NCBI GenBank assembly: GCA_964187785.1
Contig: OZ076409.1
Location: 17,610,001 to 17,674,000 of the forward strand
DNA length: 64,000 bases
Origin: Amphiscolops sp. MND2022
Lineage: Eukaryota
Reading direction: 5' to 3'
In this document: in pieces, positions 1-12,731 of the stretch
Position numbering within the stretch: position 1 is the stretch's first letter
How the letters are laid out: each line of letters opens with the position of its first letter
Position numbers and translations under genes: made by a program
The notes under the pieces: model-generated
Database searches by the model: none
What the model was told of the DNA's origin: nothing
Seen by the model: only the letters and a program-made list of their open reading frames with translations

Positions 1-3000
1 ATTTTTAAGAAAGCTTTTTCATTTTTTATAGTTCGAATTAACAAAAGTTCCGAAAATTTCTAAGTGTTGACAACTTTTTCACATTTTCAAACCCACACCA
101 TTCGTTAACTTCTTGAATTTAAAAAGCTATCAGACTCAGCAATTAAATACTTAGCTATCAGTAGTTTCGAAGCGAAACCGGACAAAATTGTATGCAAAAC
201 CTTTGAACTGTATTGAGGAGGTCTTTTGCTGTTTTTTGTCCGGGGAAATTTTTATTTCGAAAATTTTCTCGTGTCACAAAAGATTCATTTACCATAGTCT
301 CATTTTCCAATTTTTAAGAAAGCGTTTTCATTTTTTATAGTAAGAATTAACAAAAGTTAAGAAATTTTCTAATTGTTGACAACTTTTTCACATTTTCAAA
401 CCCACACCATTCGTTAACTTCTTGAATTTAAAAAGCTATCAGACTCAGCAATTAAATACTTAGCTATCAGTAGTTTCGAAGCGAAACCGGACAAAATTGT
501 ATGCAAAACCTTTGAACTGTATTGAGGAGGTCCTTTGCTGTTTTTTGTCTCGGTGAAATTTTTATTTCGAAAATTTTCTCGTGTCACAAAGATTCATTTA
601 CCATATTCTCATTTTCCAATTTTTAAGAAAGCGTTTTCATTTTTTATAGTTCGAATTAACAAAAGTTAAGAAATTTTCTAATTGTTGACAACTTTTTCAC
701 ATTTTCAAACCCACACCATTCGTTAACTTCTTGAATTTAAAAAGCTATCAGACTCAGCAATTAAATAATTAGCTATCAGTAGTTTCGAAGCGAAACCGGA
801 CAAAATTGTATGAAAAAACTTTGAACTGTATTGAGGAGGTCCTTTGCTGTTTTTTGTCTCGGGGAAGTTTTTATTTCGAAAAATTTCTCGTGTCACAAAA
901 GATTCATTTACCATTTTCTCATTTTCCAATTTTTAAGAAAGCTTTTTCATTTTTTATAGTTCGAATTAACAAAAGTTCCGAAAATTTCTAAGTGTTGACA
1001 ACTTTTTCACATTTTCAAACCCACACCATTCGTTAACTTCTTGAATTTAAAAAGCTATCAGACTCAGCAATTAAATACTTAGCTATCAGTAGTTTCGAAG
1101 CGAAACCGGACAAAATTGTATGCAAAACCTTTGAACTGTATTGAGGAGGTCTTTTGCTGTTTTTTGTCCGGGGAAATTTTTATTTCGAAAATTTTCTCGT
1201 GTCACAAAAGATTCATTTACCATAGTCTCATTTTCCAATTTTTAAGAAAGCGTTTTCATTTTTTATAGTAAGAATTAACAAAAGTTAAGAAATTTTCTAA
1301 TTGTTGACAACTTTTTCACATTTTCAAACCCACACCATTCGTTAACTTCTTGAATTTAAAAAGCTATCAGACTCAGCAATTAAATAATTAGCTATCAGTA
1401 GTTTCGAAGCGAAACCGGACAAAATTGTATGAAAAAACTTTGAACTGTATTGAGGAGGTCGTTTGCTGTTTTTTGTGTCGGGAAAGTTTTTATTTCGAAA
1501 AGTTTCTCGTGTCACAAAAGATTCATTTACCATTTTCTCATTTTCCAATTTTTAAGAAAGCTTTTTCATTTTTTATAGTTCGAATTAACAAAAGTTCCTA
1601 AATTTTCTAAATGTTGACAACTTTTTCACATTCTCAAACCCACACCATTCGTTAACTTCTTGAATTTAAAAAGCTATCAGACTCAGCAATTAAATACTTA
1701 GCTATCAGTAGTTTCGAAGCGAAACCGGACAAAATTATATGCAAAACCTTTGAACTGTATTGAGGAGGTCCTTTGCTGTTTTTTGTCCGGGGAAATTTTT
1801 ATTTCGAAAATTTTCTCGTGTCACAAAGATTCATTTACCATATTCTCATTTTCCAATTTTTAAGAAAGCGTTTTCATTTTTTATAGTAAGAATTAACAAA
1901 AGTTAAGAAATTTTCTAATTGTTGACAACTTTTTCACATTTTCAAACCCACACCATTCGTTAACTTCTTGATTTTAAAAAGCTATCAGACTCAGCAATTA
2001 AATAATTAGCTATCAGTAGTTTCGAAGCGAAACCGGACAAAATTGTATGAAAAAACTTTGAACTGTATTGAGGAGGTCCTTTGCTGTTTTTTGTCTCGGG
2101 GAAGTTTTTATTTCGAAAAGTTTCTCGTGTCACAAAAGATTCATTTACCATTTTCTCATTTTCCAATTTTTAAGAAAGCTTTTTCATTTTTTATAGTTCG
2201 AATTAACAAAAGTTCTGAAATTTTCTAAGTGTTGACAACTTTTTCACATTTTCAAACCCACACCATTCGTTAACTTCTTGAATTTAAAAAGCTATCAGAC
2301 TCAGCAATTAAATACTTAGCTATCAGTAGTTTCGAAGCGAAACCGGACAAAATTGTATGCAAAACCTTTGAACTGTATTGAGGAGGTCTTTTGCTGTTTT
2401 TTGTCCGGGGAAATTTTTATTTCGAAAATTTTCTCGTGTCACAAAAGATTCATTTACCATAGTCTCATTTTCCAATTTTTAAGAAAGCGTTTTCATTTTT
2501 TATAGTTCGAATTAACAAAAGTTAAGAAAATTTCTAATTGTTGACAACTTTTTCACATTTTCAAACCCACACCATTCGTTAACTTCTTGAATTTAAAAAG
2601 CTATCAGACTCAGCAATTAAATAATTACCTATCAGTAGTTTCGAAGCGAAACCGGACAAATTTGTATGAAAAAACTTTGAACTGTATTGAGGTGGTCCTT
2701 TGCTGTTTTTTGTGTCGGGGAAGTTTTTATTTCGAAAAGTTTCTCGTGTCACAAAAGATTCATTTACCATTTTCTCATTTTCCAATTTTTAAGAAAGCTT
2801 TTTCATTTTTTATAGTTCGAATTAACAAAAGTTCCTAAATTTTCTAAATGTTGACAACTTTTTCACATTCTCAAACCCACACCATTCGTTAACTTCTTGA
2901 ATTTAAAAAGCTATCAGACTCAGCAATTAAATACTTAGCTATCAGTAGTTTCGAAGCGAAACCGGACAAAATTGTATGAAAAAACTTTGAACTGTATTGA

Positions 3001-6000
3001 GGAGGTCCTTTGCTGTTTTTTGTCTCGGGGAAGTTTTTATTTCGAAAAGTTTCTCGTGTCACAAAAGATTCATTTACCATTTTCTCATTTTCCAATTTTT
3101 AAGAAAGCTTTTTCATTTTTTATAGTTCGAATTAACAAAAGTTCTGAAATTTTCTAAGTGTTGACAACTTTTTCACATTTTCAAACCCACACCATTCGTT
3201 AACTTCTTGAATTTAAAAAGCTATCAGACTCAGCAATTAAATACTTAGCTATCAGTAGTTTCAAAGCGAAACCGGACAAAATTGTATGCAAAACCTTTGA
3301 ACTGTATTGAGGAGGTCTTTTGCTGTTTTTTGTCCGGGGAAATTTTTATTTCGAAAATTTTCTCGTGTCACAAAAGATTCATTTACCATAGTCTCATTTT
3401 CCAATTTTTAAGAAAGCGTTTTCATTTTTTTAAAGTTCGAATTAACAAAAGTTAAGAAAATTTCTAATTGTTGACAACTTTTTCACATTTTCAAACCCAC
3501 ACCATTCGTTAACTTCTTGAATTTAAAAAGCTATCAGACTCAGCAATTAAATAATTACCTATCAGTAGTTTCGAAGCGAAACCGGACAAAATTGTATGAA
3601 AAAACTTTGAACTGTATTGAGGAGGTCCTTTGCTGTTTTTTGTGTCAGGGAAGTTTTTATTTCGAAAAGTTTCTCGTGTCACAAAAGATTCATTTACCAT
3701 TTTCTCATTTTCCAATTTTTAAGAAAGCTTTTTCATTTTTTATAGTTCGAATTAACAAAAGTTCCTAAATTTTCTAAATGTTGACAACTTTTTCACATTC
3801 TCAAACCCACACCATTCGTTAACTTCTTGAATTTAAAAAGCTATCAGACTCAGCAATTAAATACTTAGCTATCAGTTGTTTCGAAGCGAAACCGGACAAA
3901 ATTGTATGCAAAACCTTTGAACTGTATTGAGGAGGTCCTTTGCTGTTTTTTGTCCGGGGAAATTTTTATTTCGAAAATTTTCTCGTGTCACAAAGATTCA
4001 TTTACCATATTCTCATTTTCCAATTTTTAAGAAAGCGTTTTCATTTTTTATAGTTCGAATTAACAAAAGTTAAGAAATTTTCTAATTGTTGACAACTTTT
4101 TCACATTTTCAAACCCACACCATTCGTTAACTTCTTGAATTTAAAAAGCTATCAGACTCAGCAATTAAATAATTAGCTATCAGTAGTTTCGATGCGAAAC
4201 TGGACAAAATTGTATGAAAAAACTTTGAACTGTATTGAGGAGGTCCTTCGCTGTTTTTTGTCTCGGGGAAGTTTTTATTTCGAAAAGTTTCTCGTGTCAC
4301 AAAAGATTCATTTACCATTTTCTCATTTTCCAATTTTTAAGAAAGCTTTTTCATTTTTTATAGTTCGAATTAACAAAAGTTCCGAAATTTTCTAAGTGTT
4401 GACAACTTTTTCACATTTTCAAACCCACACCATTCGTTAACTTCTTGAATTTAAAAAGCTATCAGACTCAGCAATTAAATACTTAGCTATCAGTAGTTTC
4501 GAAGCGAAACCGGACAAAATTGTATGCAAAACCTTTGAACTGTATTGAGGAGGTCTTTTGCTGTTTTTTGTCCGGGGAAATTTTTATTTCGAAAATTTTC
4601 TCGTGTCACAAAGATTCATTTACCATATTCTCATTTTCCAATTTTTAAGAAAGCGTTTTCATTTTTTATAGTTCGAATTAACAAAAGTTAAGAAATTTTC
4701 TAATTGTTGACAACTTTTTCACATTTTCAAACCCACACCATTCGTTAACTTCTTGAATTTAAAAAGCTATCAGACTCAGCAATTAAATAATTAGCTATCA
4801 GTAGTTTCGAAGCGAAACCGGACAAAATTGTATGAAAAAACTTTGAACTGTATTGAGGAGGTCCTTCGCTGTTTTTTGTCTCGGGGAAGTTTTTATTTCG
4901 AAAAGTTTCTCGTGTCACAAAAGATTCATTTACCATTTTCTCATTTTCCAATTTTTAAGAAAGCTTTTTCATTTTTTATAGTTCGAATTAACAAAAGTTC
5001 CGAAATTTTCTAAGTGTTGACAACTTTTTCACATTTTCAAACCCACACCATTCGTTAACTTCTTGAATTTAAAAAGCTATCAGACTCAGCAATTAAATAC
5101 TTAGCTATCAGTAGTTTCGAAGCGAAACCGGACAAAATTGTATGCAAAACCTTTGAACTGTATTGAGGAGGTCTTTTGCTGTTTTTTGTCCGGGGAAATT
5201 TTTATCTCGAAAATTTTCTCGTGTCACAAAAGATTCATTTACCATAGTCTCATTTTCCAATTTTTAAGAAAGCGTTTTCATTTTTTATAGTTCGAATTAA
5301 CAAAAGTTAAGAAATTTTCTAATTGTTGACAACTTTTTCACATTTTCAAACCCACACCATTCGTTAACTTCTTGAATTTAAAAAGCTATCAGACTCAGCA
5401 ATTAAATAATTAGCTATCAGTAGTTTCGAAGCGAAACCGGACAAAATTGTATGAAAAAACTTTGAACTGTATTGAGGAGGTCCTTTGCTGTTTTTTGTGT
5501 CGGGGAAGTTTTTATTTCGAAAAGTTTCTCGTGTCACAAAAGATTCATTTACCATTTTCTCATTTTCCAATTTTTAAGAAAGCTTTTTCATTTTTTATAG
5601 TTCGAATTAACAAAAGTTCCTATATTTTCTAAATGTTGACAACTTTTTCACATTCTCAAACCCACACCATTCGTTAACTTCTTGAATTTAAAAAGCTATC
5701 AGACTCAGCAATTAAATATTTAGCTATCGGTAGTTTCGAAGCGAAACCGGACAAAATTGTATGAAAAACCTTTGAATTGTATTGAGGAGGTCCTTTGCTG
5801 TTTTTTGTCTCGGGGAAATTTTTATTTCAAAAATTTTCTCGTGTCACAAAAGATTCATTTACCATATTCTCATTTTCCAATTTTTAAGAAAGCTTTTTCA
5901 TTTTTTATAGTTCGATTTAACAAAAGTTCCGAAATTTTCTAAATGTTGACAACTTTTTCACATTCTCAAACCCACACCATTCGTTAACTTCTTGAATTTA

Positions 6001-9000
6001 AAAAGCTATCAGACTCAGCAATTAAATATTTAGCTATCAGTAGTTTCGAAGCGAAACCGGACAAAATTGTATGAAAAAACTTTGAACTGTATTGAGGAGG
6101 TCCTTTGCTGTTTTTTGTCTCGGGGAAGTTTTTATTTCGAAAAGTTTCTCGTGTCACAAAAGATTCATTTACCATTTTCTCATTTTCCAATTTTTAAGAA
6201 AGCTTTTTCATTTTTTATAGTTCGAATTAACAAAAGTTCCCATATTTTCTAAATGTTGACAACTTTTTCACATTCTCAAACCCACACCATTCGTTAACTT
6301 CTTGAATTTAAAAAGCTATCAGACTCAGCAATTAAATATTTAGCTATCGGTAGTTTCGAAGCGAAACCGGACAAAATTGTATGAAAAACCTTTGAATTGT
6401 ATTGAGGAGGTCCTTTGCTGTTTTTTGTCTCGGGGAAATTTTTATTTCAAAAATTTTCTCGTGTCACAAAAGATTCATTTACCATTTTCTCATTTTCCAA
6501 TTTTTAAGAAAACTTTTTCATTTTTTATAGTTCGAATTAACAAAAGTTCCTATATTTTCTAAATGTTGACAACTTTTTCACATTCTCAAACCCACACCAT
6601 TCGTTAACTTCTTGAATTTAAAAAGCTATCAGACTCAGCAATTAAATATTTAGCTATCGGTAGTTTCGAAGCGAAACCGGACAAAATTGTATGAAAAACC
6701 TTTGAATTGTATTGAGGAGGTCCTTTGCTGTTTTTTGTCTCGGGGAAATTTTTATTTCAAAAATTTTCTCGTGTCACAAAAGATTCATTTACCATATTCT
6801 CATTTTCCAATTTTTAAGAAAGCTTTTTCATTTTTTATAGTTCGATTTAACAAAAGTTCCGAAATTTTCTAAATGTTGACAACTTTTTCACATTCTCAAA
6901 CCCACACCATTCGTTAACTTCTTGAATTTAAAAAGCTATCAGACTCAGCAATTAAATATTTAGCTATCAGTAGTTTCGAAGCGAAACCGGACAAAATTGT
7001 ATGAAAAAACTTTGAACTGTATTGAGGAGGTCCTTTGCTGTTTTTTGTCTCGGGGAAGTTTTTATTTCGAAAAGTTTCTCGTGTCACAAAAGATTCATTT
7101 ACCATTTTCTCATTTTCCAATTTTTAAGAAAGCTTTTTCATTTTTTATAGTTCGAATTAACAAAATTTCCTATATTTTCTAAATGTTGACAACTTTTTCA
7201 CATTCTCAAACCCACACCATTCGTTAACTTCTTGAATTTAAAAAGCTATCAGACTCAGCAATTAAATATTTAGCTATCGGTAGTTTCGAAGCGAAACCGG
7301 ACAAAATTGTATGAAAAACCTTTGAATTGTATTGAGGAGGTCCTTTGCTGTTTTTTGTCTCGGGGAAATTTTTATTTCAAAAATTTTCTCGTGTCACAAA
7401 AGATTCATTTACCATATTCTCATTTTCCAATTTTTAAGAAAGTTTTTTCATTTTTTATAGTTCGATTTAACAAAAGTTCCGAAATTTTCTAAATGTTGAC
7501 AACTTTTTCACATTCTCAAACCCACACCATTCGTTAACTTCTTGAATTTAAAAAGCTATCAGACTCAGCAATTAAATATTTAGCTATCAGTAGTTTCGAA
7601 GCGAAACCGGACAAAATTGTATGAAAAACCTTTGAATTGTATTGAGGAGGTCCTTTGCTGTTTTTTGTCTCGGGGAAATTTTAATTTCAAAAATTTTCTC
7701 GTGTCACAAAAGATTCATTTACCGTATTCTCATTTTCCAATTTTTAAGAAAGCTTTTTCATTTTTTATAGTTCGATTTAACAAAAGTTAAGTATTTTTCT
7801 AAATGTTGACAACTTTTTCACATTTCAAACCCACACCATTCGTTAACTTCTTGAATTTAAAAAGCTATCAGACTCAGCAATTAAATAATTAGCTATCAGT
7901 AGTTTCGAAGCGAAACCGGGCAAAATTGTATGAAAAAACTTTGAACTGTATTGAGGAGGTCCTTTGCTGTTTTTTGCCTCGGGGAAGTTTTTATTTCGAA
8001 AAGTTTCTCGTGTCACAAAAGATTCATTTACCATTTTCTCATTTTCCAATTTTTAAGAAAGCTTTTTCATTTTTTATAGTTCGAATTAACAAAAGGTCCG
8101 AAATTTTCTAAATGTTGACAACTTTTTCACATTCTCAAACCCACACCATTCGTTAACTTCTTGAATTTAAAAAGCTATCAGACTCAGCAATTAAAAAATT
8201 AGCTATCAGTAGTTTCGAAGCGAAACCGGACAAAATTGTATGAAAAACCTTTGAACTGTATTGAGGAGGTCCTTTGCTGTTTTTTGTCTCGGGGAAATAT
8301 TTATTTCGAAAAGTTTCTCGTGTCACAAAAGATTCATTTACCATATTCTCATTTTCCAATTTTTAAGAAAGTTCTTTCATTTTTTATAGTTCGAATTAAC
8401 AAAAGTTCCGAAATTTTCTAATTGTTGACAACTTTTTCACATTTTCAAACCCACACCATTCGTTAACTTCTTGAATTTAAAAAGCTATCAGACTCAGCAA
8501 TTAAATACTTAGCTATCAGTAGTTTCGAAGCAAAACCGGACAAAATTGTATGCAAAACCTTTGAACTGTATTGAGGAGGTCCTTTGCTGTTTTTTGTCTC
8601 GGGGAAATTTTTATTTCGAAAATTTTTTCGTGTCACAAAAGATTCATTTACCATATTCTCATTTTCCAATTTTTAAGGAAGCTTTTTCATTTTTTATAGT
8701 TCGAATTAACAAAAGTTAAGAAATTTTCTAATTGTTGACAACTTTTTCACATTTTCAAACCCACACCATTCGTTAACTTCTTGAATTTAAAAAGCTATCA
8801 GACTCAGCAATTAAATATTTAGCTATCAGTAGTTTCGAAGCGAAACCGGACAAAATTGTATGAAAAACCTTTGAACTGTATTGAGGAGGTCCTTTGCTGC
8901 GTTTTGTCTCGGGGAAACTTTTATTTCGAAAATTTTCTCGTGTCACAAAAGATTGATTTACCATATTCTCATTTTCCAATTTTTAAGAAAGCTTTTTCAT

Positions 9001-9325
9001 TTTTTATAGTTCGAATTAACAAAAGTTCCGAAATTTTCTAATTGTTGACAACTTTTTCACATTTTCAAACCCACACCATTCGTTAACTTCTTGAATTTAA
9101 AAAGCTACCAGACTCAGCAATTAAATATTTAGCTATCATTAGTTTCAAAGCGAAACCGGACAAAATTGTATGAAAAACCTTTGAACTGTATTGAGGAGGC
9201 CCTTTGCTGTTTTTTGTCTCGGGGAAATTTTTATTTCGAAAATTTTTTTGTGTCACAAAAGATTCATTTACCATATTCTCTTTTTCCAATTTTTAAGAAA
9301 GCTTTTTCAATTTTTATAGTTCGAA
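1..9325. repeat. Tandem satellite array, ~309-310 bp monomer, ~30 copies, continues beyond the left window edge
   Basis: The anchor CCCACACCATTCGTTAAC recurs every ~309-310 bp with only scattered substitutions and 1-bp indels. The array ends abruptly at ...ATAGTTCGAA (9325). Confidence 0.98.
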
Positions 9326-9559
9326 ACTTTGGATTTCTCAGCACTGTGAGACTTTTCGTGATTTTTGTCTCTGTTCGAGCGTTTTTGACGTTTTCATTAC
9401 AAGGAAAGTGTTTTGGACGGTGCAGGTTGCCCATTTGGATATTTCTACACTTTTCGATATTTCTTAAGCTTGAACCTTTTAATGAGTCTTTGATCTTTTT
9501 GACCTTAAAGGACGCAGACTTTAAACGTTCTTGTCTTGTTTTTAGTCGGGACTTCATTG

Positions 9560-9993
9560 AGTGAAACGCGACTATTATAGTGACTTATTTTCAATCCGCA
9601 CGAACTGACCAAAATAGTTCTACGAACTTTCATGACGTCAAATTGAATCATTTGGCTTAGGGAACTGAACCAAAAAGAATTTTCATTTTGTTCCGCGTAA
9701 CATACAGTACCGGGCGGGACTAAAGGGTCCTACCTTCCGCATTTTAGCATTGTGAGACTTTTTCGAAAAAAATGTTTCCTCAAAGGGTCCCCTTCATTTT
9801 TTTAAATGTTTTGCGACAGAATGGAATTTGGTAAGCACACACCCGGCGCAGCAGTTTGGTCGTTTGAGTTTTCCGAAAGTGTTTCGAATTTTTTTTTGTG
9901 AGTTTGATTCTTTGAGTTTTTTGACAATTTGATGTCCTTTTGCTATTTTTTAGTCTTAGATACGGCGCCGACTTATGCCGTTCCCGGCTTGTT
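9560..9993 (+). repeat. Dispersed non-autonomous repeat family A (Helitron-like 3' end); other copies at ~10968-11233, 11543-11937, 12290-12420 (minus), 27530-29390 (interrupted), 31441-32126, 34420-34449, 35100-35140
   Basis: Copies share the blocks AAGGGTCCCC..TTTCGGCAnTGTGnGACT and a conserved end TTAGATAnGGCGCCGACTTnnGCCGTTCCCGGCTTGTT. The Helitron class is an inference from the GC-rich end and the CTTGT terminus. Confidence 0.6.
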
Positions 9994-10423
9994 GATTGGA
10001 ATATTAGTAGTTTTGATATTTCTGAGATGAAACTGAATTTTGTTGATTGGCGTATGTAGTCAAATGCACATGAACTATTTTTTCGCAAATTTGGTTTTTC
10101 ATTTCTCGATCGTTTTCCTCGAAACACGAATCGCATATTAGCTCAATTAGCTAAATCGATAACTGAATTTATTGGATATTCACTGATCGTTTCTTTTTCT
10201 TTTTTATGATTGAAACCCTGACATATTAAATGTCCAGATTTCTACTTTTCTTACTTTTCCGGCGCGAAAAAGCCGCGAAAACACTAAATAATACTCAGAT
10301 AGTACTGTCAGAAGTTAAGATTCACATAATAAACATTTATTTCATCTCATATTTCAAACATCTTCATTTCAAACATCAATATTTCATCTGTTTCAACTAA
10401 CCAAATCGATTGATCAAAGTAGA

Positions 10424-10963
10424 CTCTGTGTAAAAACTCTTGAAACTCTTGCCAAGATCTTATATATTCTTACATATTCCTGTTTACTCTTGAAAGTCTT
10501 GATAAGATCTTGTTTATTCTTGCTTCACACAAACCTCTTGAATTTCTTGATAGTATTCTTGGTAAGAGTTTTATCAAGAAATTCAAGAGAATGAATAAGT
10601 TGTAAAACAAACATCAATTTAGTTTACAAGTTTTTTGCTGTTGTTCGCACTACCAGCTACACTATCATTGTTTGAAGTATTGAACATTGGACAACACAAA
10701 GTAGTGAATTTCAGAACGTGATAGCGTGGTTGGTAGCGCGAAAAGCTGCGACATAATAGGTAACCTGATCAAGCTGCAGTTGGTGTTACTTTTTGTTTGT
10801 TTTCATTCACTTTTGTCAGTTCATCTCTTGAATTTTTTGGCACGATCTTGCAAGATCTTGCAAATTCGTGGATTTCTTGGTAAGAATCTTGGCAAGATTC
10901 TTACCAAGAAATTCAGGAACATCCAAGATTCTTATCAAGAAATGCAAGAGCTTTCACACTGGG
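10424..10963. mobile_element. Degenerate non-autonomous TIR element with CAAGATCTTG-type subterminal repeats, related to the 25226-26733 family
   Basis: The imperfect terminal IRs CTCTGTGTAAAAACTCTTG and CAAGAGCTTTCACACTGGG match at 15/19 positions. Many TCTTG/CAAGA motifs occur at both ends. Confidence 0.5.
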
Positions 10964-12731
10964 TGGCTAGTCTAAAGGGTCCCCTTCCAATTTTTTCGGC
11001 ATTGCGAGACTTTGTTTCAATTTTTTTCCGAAAGGGTCTCCTCTCAACTTTTTTGATGTTTTGCGACAGAAGTTTTGAAAACTCCAAAAGGGTTCCCCTT
11101 TTAGTGCGCCAGCGCAAATTCGATCCAACTTTTAGGATTTTGTGTACTGTGAAAGAATGCTTGGCATTTTGAAGTCCTTTTGCTATTTTTGAGTCTTCGG
11201 TATGTCGCCAATTTATGCCGTTCTCGGGTTTGGTTTATCCGTCAGGTGACAGAATGTATCTCAATAAATTTTGACTCTGTTCAAGTTTTAGATCATATTT
11301 TTTTCAGGTAGGTTGCTTGACCCGCCACTTGCTTGGGCTATTGTTCCACGAACTAATAATATTGCTTCCGTGATATTATTTCGTGTTTCCCTTCATCAAC
11401 ACGGATTCCAAAAACATTGGTATGTTTTCTAAAAACCAGTGATGAATCAATTTTAAAATGAGGATCGCCTTGCGCCTTTTATTTCGAGCAGTTAAAAAAC
11501 TTTTGATCTTTTGCGATTTTCTTATGTGTTTCTTTTCATGAAGTGAAACGCGACTTCAATCCCCACGAACTGACCAAAATAGTTCTACAAGTTCTTCGAA
11601 ATTTTAAGGTGTCAAATTGAACCATTTGGCCTAAAGAACAGAATCAAAAAGCTTTTTCTTTTTTTTCTTTGTAACATACAATACCGGGTGGGACTACATA
11701 CAAGACTAGATGGTCCCCTTTCAGTTTTTTCGGCGTTGTGCGACTTTTTTTCAAAAAAATTTCCCGAAAGGGTCCCCCTTCAATTTTTTGTGATGTTTGG
11801 CGCGCCATTTCGGTCGCTTGAGTTTTTCGAGAATTCTTTTTGTGAGTTTGAAACTTTGAGTCTCTTGACACCTTCATGTCTTTTTGCTATTTTTCTGCCT
11901 TAGATTTGGCGCCGACTTATGCCCTTCCCGGCTTGTTTACTCAATAGTTTATCTTAGTTTTCGAAGATATGTCCCGAATACCAGAAACCAAGAACTTATG
12001 CACCCGTTTTTAAACGCTACTTGAACGCAGAGTTAATCGTATCAGTTATAGACCGGAGACTACAGTGGAGGTCTTGGAAAGATCTCCACTCAAGACTTCT
12101 TTTCCGAGCAATGGCTTTAGGCGTCCAGTGTCTTTACGGGCAACAATGACTTTTTAGGTTTTCCCTTTAGGCAAGTAGCGTCCTGTACTATGTTGACGTT
12201 ACATAACTTTCAGAAGATCTGAATTTTTTGAAGTGTTTCCAAGTTCGCTGGATTTGCTCTAGATTACTTAGAGGTGTCGTTAAAAAATATCAAGTCGAGG
12301 CCATATCTAAGGCTCAGAAATAGCAAAAAGGACTTCAAATTGTCAAAGTATTGGTGAATTGTGGCCCCTTTTATGAAACAAAATTTTGAAAAAAGTCTCA
12401 CAATGCCGAAAAAACTGAAAGGTTCAGTTCCTTGGACCAACAAGTAAAATTTTGTGTCTTCTTAAAATTTTGTAGAGATTTTGGGGTTGAACTATTTTGG
12501 TCACTTTAGGTGTATCCAAAAAAAATTTAAAAACTGACGAAAATCCATGACTATAGTCGACTCTTTCCTCTAGAAAAGCGCCGACTAAAACTGCTAGCAA
12601 AATAGCGTCGAATAGGCTACTCAATAGGGTCGAATAGTACTCAGCGGATTCTGTGGTCAAGACATTTCACATGATTAACACTGGTTAATACAAAGCAACC
12701 AAATCAGTACCGGGCACTAACGGGTTTTCGG

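Noticed and set aside
1..9325. CRISPR-like array
   Set aside because: There are no unique spacers; entire 310-bp units repeat, the context is eukaryotic, and no cas genes are present.
723..9564. Dozens of near-identical 61-83 aa ORFs on both strands
   Set aside because: They are by-products of the satellite monomer, are broken by indels in alternate monomers, and have no protein features.
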